Below, in pieces: positions 12,950-25,609 of a DNA stretch of 64,000 nt. The translations under genes were made by a program, and so were the position numbers. The stretch spans positions 33,604,001 through 33,668,000 of the forward strand of contig OZ024752.1 of assembly GCA_964016885.1 (NCBI GenBank). Reading direction: 5' to 3'. How positions within the stretch are numbered: position 1 is the first letter of the stretch; each line of letters begins with the position of its first letter. Source of the stretch: Eledone cirrhosa. Taxonomy: Eukaryota. The notes below the pieces were generated by a model that saw only the letters and a list, made by a program, of their open reading frames with translations, ran no database searches and was not told the origin of the DNA.

Positions 12950-14012
12950 ATAATATATAGCAACCACTATTAGCAGTGGTAACTGTACTATGTAGTGTAT
13001 AGCAACCACTATTAGAAGTGATAACTGTACTATGTAGTGTATAGCAACCACTGTTAGAAGTAACAACAGTACTATAATATATAGAGCTATTGTGTTAGAA
13101 GTAATAACTGTACTATTATAGAACTCCTGTTAGAAGTGATAACTGTACTATAATATATAGAGCTAGTGTTAGAAGTGATAACTGTACTATAAGATATAGA
13201 ACTAGTGTTAGAAGTGATAACTGTACTATAATATATAGAGCTAGTGTTAGAAGTGATAACTGTACTATAAGATATAGAGCTAGTGTTAGAAGTGATAACT
13301 GTACTATAATATATAGAGCTTGTGTTAGAAGTGATAACTGTACTATAAGATATAGAGCTAGTGTTAGAAGTGATAACTGTACTATAAGATATAGAGCTAG
13401 TGTTAGAAGTGATAACTGTACTATAAGATATAGAGCTAGTGTTAGAAGTGATAACTGTACTATAATATATAGAGCTTGTGTTAGAAGTGATAACTGTACT
13501 ATAAGATATAGAGCTAGTGTTAGAAGTGATAACTGTACTATAATATATAGAGCTTGTGTTAGAAGTGATAACTGTACTATAAGATATAGAGCTAGTGTTA
13601 GAAGTGATAACTATACTATAATATATAGAACTACTGTGTTAGAAGTGATAACTATACTATAATATATAGAACTACTGTTAGAAGTTATAACTGTACTATA
13701 ATATATATGTTTCTTTTATTTGCCACCAGGGCATCAAAAGTGGGACAAGTACAATGGGGGGAGTTTACAAAACAAGGCGTCCTCAATAAGGAGGAGGCAA
13801 TAACAATATATAAAAATAAAATAAAATTTATAACAAAGTCCTCAATAGAGAGGAGGCGCCTTGGGGGGTCGCACACACCCCCGAAAAAAGTGTGCAACCC
13901 TTTTCCTATAATATGTACTATAATATATAGCGCTAGTGTTAGAAGTGATAACAGTACTATAATGTATAGTAACTGTGTTAGAAGTGATAACTGTACTATA
14001 ATATATAGAACT
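12950..14012. repeat. 39-bp minisatellite interrupted by a retro-insert
   Basis: Unit CTAGTGTTAGAAGTGATAACTGTACTATAAGATATAGAG; insert at 13708-13907. Confidence 0.92.
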
Positions 14013-14858
14013 TCTAAGGCGGTGGATTGGTAGTATCGGTAGAGGGTTGGACGCCATCCTTTGATGCACAGAGTTACGGCCCTTTCCATTCTGAGTTCAA
14101 ATCCCGGTGAGGTTAACTTTGCCTTTCATCCTTACGGGGTTGATAAAATAAAGTACCAGTAATGCACTGGGTAATTGCGGGCCTTGTGCCAAAAGTAGAA
14201 ACAATATATAGAACTTCTGTTAGAAGTAATAACATTAGTATCATATATAGAAATACCATTAAGGGCCTCCTTGTAATATTTCTATTTCATTTTATATTTT
14301 ATTTTTACACAAACTCTTGTTTGAATAAACTTATTTACTTATAAATGAATATACTCTTTGTTGGTAGTTATTTTTACCTGTGCCAATCCTTACCTGATTA
14401 CACACTTTTATAAATAATAGTTGAGGTGTGTAGTCTTCAGAGATAAAACTAGGGTATTTGCCAACTTTGGTACAGCAATAGTAGCATTCAGGCCCCTTCT
14501 CCCTCATCACGAACACTTCAATGTTTATGGTTTAAGATTTTGTTAAAATATACAAACTTATATATAAATATATATACACCCATACACATATATACATCCA
14601 TACTGATATACATACACATATATACATCCATACTCATATACAAATATATATAAAATTGAAATAGAAAGCATCACTAACTTTTCAACTAACTAAAATAGTC
14701 AAATAATGGGGCATATAAACCCACCGAATGGAAAAAAGGAGTATCAGCACACATGCACACACACTCACACACACGCACACACATATATATAAATATATAT
14801 ATATATATATGTGTATATATATATTTATATATATGTGTGTATGATTATGTATATACAC

Positions 14859-15192
14859 ATGGCTTAGTGGTTAGAGCATTGGCCTTGCAATCAAAAGGTT
14901 GTGAGTTCAATTCTCAGACCGAGTGATGTGTTGTTTCCTTGAGCAAGACACTTTATTTCACATTGCTCCAGTTTACTCAGCTGTAGAAATGAGATGATAG
15001 GGACTGGGGTCCCTATCATTCCACTGCAAAGTGGTCGTGGAGGTGCCACGGCAAAAAAGCACCCAGCACTCACTGTAAATGAGGTTGGTGTTAGGAAGGG
15101 CATCCAGCTGTAGAAATCAAGCCAGAATCAGTTCCCGTCCCACCCTTACAAGCAGGGAAAAGCGGACATAAAATGAAATGATGAAATGATGA
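14859..15192 (+). mobile_element. SINE family A (tRNA head, CORE-like body, RTE tail)
   Basis: A-box TGGCTTAGTGG, B-box GAGTTCAATTC, CCTTGAGCAAGACACTT...CAGCTGTAGAAATGAG; copies at 17214-17552(+), 22290-22631(-), 56225-56610(+). Confidence 0.88.
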
Positions 15193-15314
15193 TACATACA
15201 CATGTACACACATTTATTTACCCTATTTCATGTCTCCTGTTAAAAGTTAAGACTCAGTTACCTCACTCTATCTCACTTTATTTCATCCTATATATATATA
15301 TATATATATATAAA

Positions 15315-16104
15315 AAGTCTGTCTTAGGCCAGAAGGGTCATTTGGCTGGTGCTTATCCCGGTTTCATGGTGTGAAGTGAGTGAGAGTACAAAACTCCCCC
15401 CTGAACAGGATGCCAGTTCATCGCAGGGTTAAAGCCCCAGCTATTGCTAGTACTCATTTTCAGCTGAGTATACTGGAGCAACATGAAATGAAGTGTTTTG
15501 CTCAAGAACACAACACGCAACCCAGGAATCGAACCCACGACATTATGATCGTAAGTCGAACACCCTTACCACTAGGCCACGTGCCTCCACATAGAATGCT
15601 GTACATATGTGTATATCTGCTTGTATGAATGTTTGTTTATCTACGTTTGTCTATCTACATCTTTAATAGAATGCTATACACATGTATATATTTGCCTGTA
15701 TGCATGTACATCTTCTAATAAAATGCTATACACATGTATATATTTGCCTGTACGTATGTACATCTTCTAATAGATAGCTATATGTTCCTACGTTTGTCTA
15801 TCTACATCTTCCAATATTCCAATAGATCTAAAGTCTGTCCCAAGCCTGAAGGCTCATTTGGCCGGTGCTTATCTCGGTTTCATGGTGTGAAGTGAGTGAG
15901 AGTACAAAACTCCCCCCTGAACAGGATGCCAGTCCATCGCAGGGTTAAAGCCCCAGCTATTGCTGGTACTCATTTTCAGCCGAGTATACTGGAGCAACGT
16001 GAAATAAAGTGTTTTGCTCAAGAACACAACAGCAACCCAGGAATTGAACCCACGACATTATGATCGTAAGCCCAACACCCTTACCAGTAGGCCATGTGCC
16101 TCCA
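15315..16104 (-). mobile_element. Two copies of SINE family C (15315-15589, 15830-16104)
   Basis: tRNA-like head GGCCTAGTGGTAAG...GGTTCGATTCC, CORE-like body, AACCCTGCGATGGACTGGC segment; plus-strand copies at 21985-22250, 31224-31505, 46645-46866. Confidence 0.88.
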
Positions 16105-17558
16105 TACACATATATACACGCACACACAGACATACATAAAGACACACACATTCACACACATTTATATATAAAGTGAACAAATATACTAGTTGTTTAGACA
16201 TTTCTTAATTTAAACCACATTTTTTTTTTTCTAACTCCTGATACATTAGAGAAAATATTCAAAAGTGTTTTTCGTCAAGTGACTCCCTACCTAGTGAACC
16301 AGGACAAATCTAATATATTGTTAGTACTTTAGTAGTTCTAGTAATTAGATGAAAGTTTTAGGGTGGTGGATTAGCAGAAATGGTAGAACATTGAGCTAAA
16401 TACCTTCTGTATTTAGTTTCATGCCTACATGTTCTGAACTCAAAGTTTCTGGTAAGGTTGTGTTTACAAGGTCAGTGAAATAAATACAAGCAGCCACGTG
16501 CTGGGTCTATGTTTTATGTTCTATTTCCAACAGGTGAATGAATCTTTCCTTATATAAGCTGAGATTGGATAGTTTGCTATAGTCAAGCCATTATGTTACC
16601 AAGATAGCATGCTATAATGGTTTTATAATTTTGGCACAAGGCCAGAAGTTTTAGGAAAGAAGGGAAAGTCATTTATATCAACCCCAGTACTTGGCAGTTA
16701 CTTTATTTTAACAACCTGAAACCTCAGAAGGTTGAACAGCAGTGTTAATCTTAATGGGATTTGAACTCATAAAGTAAAGAACCAGAACAAATACTGCTAT
16801 CGATTTGTCCAACACTCTGATGACTCGACCAGTCTCTTGTCATAAGTAAAGTGGTTATGTTGGTGACATGACTAAATACGCCCAGTCCACCCTGTAAGGT
16901 GGTTGTTTTGGTGCCATGATAAAAAGCACCCAGTCCACACTGTAAAATGGTCATGTTGGGTGACAACAAAAAGCACCCAGTCCACCTTGAAAGGTGGTCG
17001 TTTTAGTGCCACAATAAGGAAGCACTCAGTTCACAGTGTAACGTGGTTGGTGTTAAGAAAGACGTCCAGCCATAGAAACCAAGCCACTGTAGAGATCTGT
17101 ATGAGCAAGACATGGTCTCTGGACCTGATTTGTCTCATAATGTGACAACACATCTAACCCATGCAAGCATGGAAAATGAACATTAAATGATTATATATAT
17201 ATATATATATATTGGAGGCACATGGCTTAGTGGTTAGAGCATTGGCCTTGCAATCGAAAGGTTGTGAGTTCAATTCTTAGATCGGGTGATGTGTTGTTTC
17301 CTTGAGCAAGACACTTTATTTCACATTGCTCCAGTTTACTCAGCTGTAGAAATGAGATGATAGGGACTGTGGTCCCTATCATTCCACTGCAAAAGTGGTC
17401 GTGGAGGTGCCACGGCAGAAAAGCACCCACCACTCACTGTAAATGAGGTTGGTGTTAGGAAGGGCATCCAGCTGTAGAAATCAAGCCAGAATCAGTTCCC
17501 ATCCCACCCTTGCAAGCAGGGAAAAGCGGACGTAAAATGATGATGATGATGATATATA

Positions 17559-17907
17559 TATATCACATAAGAAACGGAGAATCAGTGGTGTGACAAATTA
17601 AAATTTATTAGACATATTACAATCGTTTCTCTGGCACAATTGTTGCAATGATCGGACCTGACTCTGAAATCACAAGATCCTCAGATCTGCTTCGAAGAAT
17701 CGAGACGTATCTGAGGATCTTGCGATTTCAGAGTCAGGTTCGATCGTGCCTCGAGCTGGTCGCCAGAGAAACGATTGTAATATGTCTAATAAATTTTAAT
17801 TCGTCACACCACTGATTCTCCGTTTCTTATGTGATATACTCTGCTCTGTAAGAGCACCGAGTGTTCAAACTGCCTACCTCATACGGATGCTTTAAGCATC
17901 CCACACC

Positions 17908-17912
<5 letters not shown>
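17559..17912. mobile_element. Fold-back Penelope-like terminal repeat in (TA)n
   Basis: ~130-bp inverted arms 17559-17686 / 17709-17838; hammerhead core followed by AATAAA. Confidence 0.75.
17703..17787 (+). ncRNA. Type-I hammerhead ribozyme motif with enlarged stem II
   Basis: Stem I AGACGTAT/ATATGTCT; CTGAGGA 17711-17717; stem II TCTTGCGA/TCGCCAGA; GAAA 17768-17771; stem III AC-GATT-GT; GUA cleavage triplet ending at 17779. Confidence 0.75.
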
Positions 17913-17945
<33 letters not shown>

Positions 17946-17948
<3 letters not shown>

Positions 17949-18401
17949 CACTAGAAGTTGATGGAAACCGCAGAGTGGGGAGACCCAAGATGACCTGGGA
18001 TGAGGTGATAAAAGCCGACCTTACCCAATTACACCTCTCAAAGGCAATGACACACGACCGTGACCTCTGGCGTCACACAGTAATACAGAGTACCCGACCT
18101 CCCATGGGTACAAGCTGAAGCATATAGACAATATGCCCCCACACCCCCCACCGCAAGGTGGTCGTGGAGGTGCCACGGCAAAAAAGCACCCAGCCCACAC
18201 TGTAAAGTGAACGTGTAGGCGCCACGAAAAAGCACCCAGCACTCACTGTAAATGAGGTTGGTGTTAGGAAGGGCATCCAGCTGTAGAAATCAAGCCAAAT
18301 CAGTTCCTGTATGAGCAAGGTATGGTCAGCCGACCAGACACTGCCCACAACAGGACAACCCGTCTAACCCATGCTAGCGTGGAAGAACGGACGTAAAACG
18401 G

Positions 18402-18428
<27 letters not shown>
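17946..18428 (+). mobile_element. RTE LINE 3' fragment
   Basis: Matches 30294-30790 (ALEVDGNRRVGRPKMTWDEVIKADL) and ends in (GAT)n. Confidence 0.9.
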
Positions 18429-18432
<4 letters not shown>

Positions 18433-18597
18433 ATGTAGATCCCAAGATCTGGGATAACCACAGTAAATAAGATACTCAAAACATTAGTAGAGAGAAAACA
18501 ATGAAATTTAATATAGAGATGGCTTCTACATTTCTAGAACTATTTCATGTGAATGAAACAGTTCTAGTTGGGTAGAAGCCATTTCTATATTAAATTT

Positions 18598-18639
<42 letters not shown>

Positions 18640-18642
<3 letters not shown>

Positions 18643-18936
18643 AAGAAATTAAAAGATGGTTAAAAAAATTCCATATATTTTATTATGCGCGCATTTCGAA
18701 AACATCATCATCCTTGGACAAAAATTGTGTTCTCATCAGATAAATTAAGGTAACATGATATGAGGCCTAAAAACACTTCTCAACAAGAAAGTGTGGACAC
18801 TTTCTTGTTGACAAGTGTTTTTCTACATCTTATTTTATCTGATGAGAACACAATTTTTGTCCCAGGATGATGATGTTTTTGAAATGCGCATAATAAAATA
18901 TATGGAACTTTTTTAACCATCTTTTAATTTCTTCTT
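18640..18936. mobile_element. Second fold-back Penelope-like terminal repeat
   Basis: ~145-bp imperfect inverted arms centred at GTGT-GG-ACAC (~18791-18800); hammerhead motif on each arm; flanked by (TA)n. Confidence 0.75.
18831..18900 (+). ncRNA. Type-I hammerhead ribozyme motif (antisense twin at ~18676-18747)
   Basis: Stem I TATTTTAT/ATAAAATA; CTGATGA 18839-18845; stem II GAACA/TGTTT; GAAA 18881-18884; stem III AT-GCGC-AT with palindromic loop; AUA triplet. Confidence 0.75.
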
Positions 18937-18974
18937 TAATATATACTCCAGTTCTACAATATTACTCACCTTCT

Positions 18975-19033
<59 letters not shown>

Positions 19034-22000
19034 GCTGCAGTGATTAGATTTCTTAATCTAAGAAGGATGACAAAATAATGAGGATAGTCAGAATGGACCG
19101 ACCCATTTATCTATATTTTGATTCTTTTAAAATAATTTTATACTTTTAAAGTCTCCTATTTTATAATGTTTTTTTGGTCTATATTTACATATATTCTGCC
19201 ACATAATTCAAGTAACACAAACATTGCTCATGGAACTCATTGCGTGCAATGCATGCGTTTTAACCCTTTTGATACCAATTCACGTGAAGCTGCCCCTTCA
19301 CACTATGATATACAACTGCCCATTTTAAAGTATTTTATCTAAATTTATACCTGCTCTCAGAATTTGATGTAAGAACCCTCTGTTCTGTTTTGTTGCGTTA
19401 TATAGTGTTAAGTTATGTTCCAAACAGCAGCTTCATAATGGAGAAATCAGTTACTAATACATCTTGACACTGTATTTGATTAGAAATATGATCACAAGAG
19501 GGTTCAATATACAGCCAGGTACAACTCTGCTTTCATGTAAACATAGGATATATTTATTTTGAGTCATGGTCACAGAAATCTTAAAGTTATTTATTAATTT
19601 TATTAATTGTTAAGAAACTCGAGAAATCACTAACTATCACCATTCCTCCTAAATTGTCTATAACCCCTCATTGTAGCAGAGTTTGACAATATCAAGAGAA
19701 ATTAGTCATAAAATTGTTGCAGTAACTACATATGTCCAGATAATGTAAATATGTATATATGTTCTCCTTCTTGTTGTTTAGTTAGAAATGACCTATATTG
19801 TTTAGTACTAACTAATATTTGTAATTGTAAACAAACATTAACGAGTGAAGGCATGTGGCTTAGTGGTTAGGGCATTAGATTCACAATTATGAGGTGCAAA
19901 TTCAATTTCTGGATCGGGTGATGAGTTATATCTTTGAGCAAGCCACTTTATTTCGTGTTACTCCCTCTGCTGGGAGTTGTGACTGATATATAGTATCAGC
20001 AATTGGAAAGACAAATGGAAACAGTGTTTCCTTGGTCCGATTTGTTGAATTCCACTCCACTGGGCAATATCTCTTTCTCATTTCTATTCTCTCACTCTCT
20101 TCATCCTTCTCTGGAAGAAATCTGTTATATTCAGACCTGGAGAGGGATGGATTCTGCCAGGTGACAAAATAAAATGAAATGGCAAACTAGAAATTGAAGC
20201 AAGTAAGCCCTCTTACAATTGTAGACCCCTGCCCCTGTCCTGGACTGACTGTAGCAGCCTTGAGTTTAGTCATGGTTTCTTTCTCCCCTTACCTAACAAA
20301 TCTCATATGTCTGCCCCCCCCCCTCCTGCCCCCCAAAAAGTCATAGGGGGTGTAGTATGTGTGCTGTTTCATGGTTTCTTTCTCCCCTTCCTCACAAGTC
20401 TCAGATGCCCCCTCCCCCCACACACACAAAGTCATAGGCTGTGTATGTTAGTTGTTTCCTCCCCTGACTAGGTCATACCTCCTTGTCTCACCAAATACAC
20501 AGTAGGATTTTAATGGAACAACTGTCCTGACACATTACTCTATACACGAGTGATATGTACTTTTATATATCACTATGTTGTCACATTTGTGTTTATTTAC
20601 TCTTAAAAGTTATCATGTTCTACTATTGATTTATATGCACCCCCTTTCACATACCCCCCCCCCCCCCCAACTCTCTCTCTCTCATCCAGGCTTGAAATAG
20701 TTTTCATGTCCAGATGTATAATTTAAACCAGCCTTTGATAATTATGCCACTTTAAACTCTATGGTGTTTATATTACTATATAGTGGCATAAACCAAATAT
20801 ACCACTATAAACTATATGATGTAATACTACAGACAACCATTTTACCGCTATAAACTATGATGTTACCCTACAGATAACCACTATAATGCTATATTGATGT
20901 TATACTACAGACAACCATAAGTCTTCTGGTAATTTTTAACATATCTCTCCCGCGCTCTCTCTCTCAGCGATAATTTTGTACTGAAGAAATAAGAAAAAAA
21001 ATTTGATACTTATATTTGAAGTTTGGTTTATAAAATTTTTGATATTTTAAAAGCAAATATTGAATTTTGTGTTCAACTGCTCACCCAGTATAAACACCTA
21101 GCTGTTGGCTGCCTTTAACTGAGTCTCCATCATTGCAAACATTTGAATGAGGTCTCGAATCTGAGGATAAGTTCCATGTTCTATAAAAGTAAAAGACATT
21201 ACCATTCCTCCTATGATTGAACTACAAAAGGAAAAACATAGATTTCTAATCCATTTTATTTTTCCTTTGACCAAAGTCTCTCTTCATGAACAGGTATGAG
21301 TATATGGGCAGTTCTTGTTGAAGAATACATACCTGAAGGAGGAGGAAGGAGAAAAGAAGAAGAAATATAATTAACCTGGCTTCAAGTAAACATGCCAAGC
21401 TTTTCATATTCATGGATTACCTAAGTAGAATTTTGGTGGGGTATACAAAAAAAAAAAGAGAAAAAAGAAGAGTAATTAATTGTCAACTTAGTTTGTATGA
21501 TTCACTGGATTTTAGGACTGGTTGATAGGGCAGAAAATTAGGAAACAATGTTTCTCTGAAGCAAAATATGAAAAGAAAGAAAAAAAAAAAACTTTTTTAT
21601 TCAAATGGTTTATGAAATAACATAATGGCCTCTTTCTCCTCTCTTTCTCTCTCTCCCTTTCCCAGTTTCCTCCTATATAATATAGGAAGAAGGAACAACT
21701 GCTATCGACTGGCTATGCTTACATGCTTTCATCTTTTGTTTAATTTTTTTTCTCTCTCTCTTGCAGGTCATCATAAATTAAAACTCTGTCTTTCATGTTC
21801 AGCATTTTCTATTAAGCTTGTACATTTATATCAAGATCAATGATGATAAAACATTAATCAATACACCCTCCCCCTCCCCCTTCCATCTTTTAATTATCAT
21901 TTCTTGTCATACTTTATTGAAATTTTTCCCTTCTTTTTTATATATATACACATATGTGTGTGTGTAATTATATATATGTATAAATGTGGCCTAGTGGTAA

Positions 22001-22630
22001 GAGTGTTGGACTTACGATCATAATGTCGTGGGTTCGATTCCTGGGCTGCGTGTTGTGTTCTTGAGCAAAACACTTCATTTCACGTTGCTTCAGTATACTC
22101 AGCTGGAAATGAGTACCAGCAATAGCTGGAGGTTTAACCCTGCGATGGACTGGCGTCCTGCCCAGGGGGGAGTCTTGTACTCTGTCCCTTCACGCCATGA
22201 AACCGGGATAAGCACCGGCCAAATAAGCCTTCTGGCTCAAGACAGACTTTTTAGATATATATATATATATGTATATATATGTATATCATCATTTTTCATC
22301 ATTTCATTTTACGTCCGCCTTTTCCCTGCTTGCAAGGGTGGGACGGGAACTGATGCTGGCTTGATTTCTACAGCTGGATGCCCTTCCTAACACCAACCTC
22401 ATTTACAGTGAGTGCTGGGTGCTTTTTTTGCTGTGGCACCTCCACAACCACTTTGCAGTGGTATGATATGGACCCCAGTCCCTATCATCTCATTTCTACA
22501 GCTGAGTAAACTGGAGCAATGTGAAATAAAGTGTCTTGCTCAAGGAACAACACAACACCCGGTCTGAGAATTGAACTCACAACCTTTCGATTGCAAGGCC
22601 AATGCTCTAACCACTAAGCCATGTGCCTCC

Positions 22631-22883
22631 ATATATATATATATATGTATATATATATGTATATGTATGTATATATATATGTATATGTATGTATATATAT
22701 ATGTATATGTATGTATATATATGTATATGTATGTATATATATGTATATGTATATGTATATGTATATATATGTATATATATGTATATGTATATATATGTAT
22801 ATATATGTATATGTATATATATGTATATGTATATATATATATATGTATATGTATATATATATATGTATATGTATATATGTATA

Positions 22884-22948
<65 letters not shown>

Positions 22949-23108
22949 GTATATGTATATATATATATGTATATATATATGTATGTATATATGTGTGTAT
23001 ATGTATGTATATATGTATATATATATATGTATATATATATATGTATGTATATATGTGTATATATGTATGTATATATGTATATATATATATATATGTATAT
23101 TTGTATAT
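22631..23108. repeat. (TA/TATG)n microsatellite just upstream of the microexon
   Basis: Direct reading; explains the IYIY ORFs. Confidence 0.95.
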
Positions 23109-23158
23109 TTAAAAAAAAAATCATTCATACTCTTATTCTATCTTTCTCTCTTTCATAG

Positions 23159-23181
23159 GTATTGCTTTCACAGACTTACCT
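23159..23181 (+). CDS. RANBP9: RanBP9/10 23-nt microexon (G)IAFTDLP
   Basis: Polypyrimidine tract plus catag| acceptor, |gtaagt donor; bridges phase 1 to phase 0 and supplies the conserved GIAFTDLP peptide. Confidence 0.93.
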
Positions 23182-23871
23182 GTAAGTATTTTACCTGATT
23201 GTTTATTGTATTAAATCTATTGAAATCTTTTATAGGAACTTTAAAAAAAAAAAATGATATTTACATAATAAAATGTTGGGTTGTATTGTTATTCGAATCT
23301 AAGACTGTTGCTACTACTATTACCTTAGCGTCAGGTGTACTTCATAACGGTTGCTGACTCAATAGTCAAATTTAACATTACTAATACAAGTAGAATAGTG
23401 AGTTCAAATATAGAATACAGTCTTTCTATTAGAATTGAACTTGTGACTTTTAGGTCAGCAGCTTTGTTTTATTATCAACCTTTACCACAGTACTTTGTCA
23501 AAGCCATTGTGTGATAGTATTTTCCCCAACCTATTTTCAGGAGGAAAGAAAGAAACAACAAAACAAAACCTTGGATGACAGTAGTACAGATATATTTAAA
23601 CTATTTGTAAATAAAATATTTAATTATTCACACTTTCATTAGAAGGAACCTTGAACTCAAACGAGGTAACCCTTCTCCCTGGCACTCAGACGAGGTAACA
23701 CTTTTCCTTGGCACTCAGATGAGGTTACACTTTTCCCGGCTTGGTGCTAAGTGGCTCATGTGGTATGTTTCATGTTGCAACAAGTTCTCCTCCCCTTTTG
23801 GCGGGTGATAAGTGACTCATCTGGTGTGCTACATGTTGTAACAAGTTCTCTTCCTTGTTTGGTTATAAGTG

Positions 23872-24445
23872 ACAGAGCACAGCTGAGATATACCCCCCCC
23901 CCCATCCAATGGTTTAGCCATCTTGTCCACAGGGCACAGTTGAGATATACCCCCCAGCCAATGGTTTAGCCATCTTGCCCACATGGTACAGCTGAGATAT
24001 ACCCCCCAGCCAATGGTTTAGCTGTCTTGTCCACATGGTACAGCTGAGATATACCCCCCAGCCAATGGTTTAGCTGTCTTGTCCACATGGTACAGCTGAG
24101 ATATACCCCCCAGCCAATGGTTTAGCCATCTTGTCCACATGGTACAGCTGAGATATACCCCCCAGCCAATGGTTTAGCCATCTTGTCCACATGGTACAGC
24201 TGAGATATACCCCCCAGCCAATGGTTTAGCTGTCTTGTCCACATGGTACAGCTGAGATATACCCCCCCAGCCAATGGTTTAGCCATCTTGTCCACATGAT
24301 ACAGCTGAAATATACCCCCCCCCCCAGCCAATGGTTTAGCCATCTTGTCCACAGGGTACAGCTGAGAGATAGCCCCGAACCAATGGTTTAGCCGTCTTGT
24401 CCACACGATACAGCTCGGAGATGTACCCCCTAGCCAATGGTTTAG
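23872..24445. repeat. ~52-bp minisatellite, about 11 copies
   Basis: Unit CAGCTGAGATATACCCCCCAGCCAATGGTTTAGCCATCTTGTCCACATGGTA. Confidence 0.93.
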
Positions 24446-25035
24446 AGTTGGTTTTCTACCCCATTCCTCCTCTTGATTTGTTAACCCCCCCCCTTCTTTT
24501 TTCTCACCCTTCTTTCCCTCTTCCCACTTGTAAATATATACAACAAAACAAAAAAAAAAGTTTGAGTCAATAAAACTTCAATCATCTGATATAAAAGTCT
24601 CACCATTGATGTGGTATGTTTCTATGAAGCAACACTACCAGCTACTCCTTGTTGGTGGAGTTAATAGTAAACAGTGATAATTAAAAAGGTCACCTGCAGT
24701 TTATTACTGTGGTGTATATTAGTCAGTGTTAGTAGTTTTAGTACAAACATAATTGTTTCTACTTTTGGCACAAGGCCAGCAATAACCCAGTGTATTACTG
24801 GTACTTTATTTTATCGACCCCCCCCCCCCCCCCCCCGTAAGGATGAGAGGCAAAGTTAACCTCAGCGTAGTACAAACATAATTGTTTCTACGTTAGGCAC
24901 AAGGCCAGCAAAACCCAGTGTATTACTGGTACTTTATTTTATCGACCCCGTAAGGATGAAAGGCAAAGTCAACCTCGGTGGTAATTTTAATTGCTCTTCA
25001 ATTTCTAAATTTAAATATTTACAAGATTGATATCA

Positions 25036-25112
<77 letters not shown>

Positions 25113-25609
25113 AAATATATTAAAATATTTACATTCATATATAACATATATAAAAACGGATGCCTGTATAAGGTTAATGTAAACGCTAGAAATATCAGCC
25201 AAATCTTCCTCAAATCTCACACTGCAGCTATTGAAACTGGGTTTATGTAGACCCGTCCAACTCTTGCCAGTGGGAAAGCAGACATTAAAACAATGGTGAT
25301 GATAGGAATGACTCTCAAAGACTTTGGTGTTGGTTGTATTATATTTCTGGCAATGATGATTGTTAATTCCTCCATAGAATCTTTGGTAAAAAGTTTGGTT
25401 AAAAAAAAAACATCTTTGTTTTTTTCTCTTCTGGCATAAGACTGAAAGATAGGGAGGATGAGGGGCGGGGGGGGGGGGGGGTGTCAGCCCTCTCTACCAA
25501 CTTAAGTTGTTGGTGGTGGTTCTTATAATTACTGTTAAAGTGTAGTGAAAGGAATACTAAGTTTTAACAATACTTCCTTCATTTGGTAACCAGCACTATC
25601 AGCACCGGA

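Noticed and set aside
14331-14525. Cys-containing ORF (GPECYYCCTKVG) as a gene or LINE ORF1 knuckle
   Set aside because: Too short and degenerate to assign
21985-22050. tRNA gene (A and B boxes; also other SINE heads)
   Set aside because: No acceptor stem, and the sequence continues into a multi-copy SINE body
22540-23198. Long ORFs rich in Y/I/M/V/C (also 48.4-49.9 kb, 53 kb, 56.4-57 kb, 60 kb)
   Set aside because: Translations of TA/CA microsatellites and minisatellites
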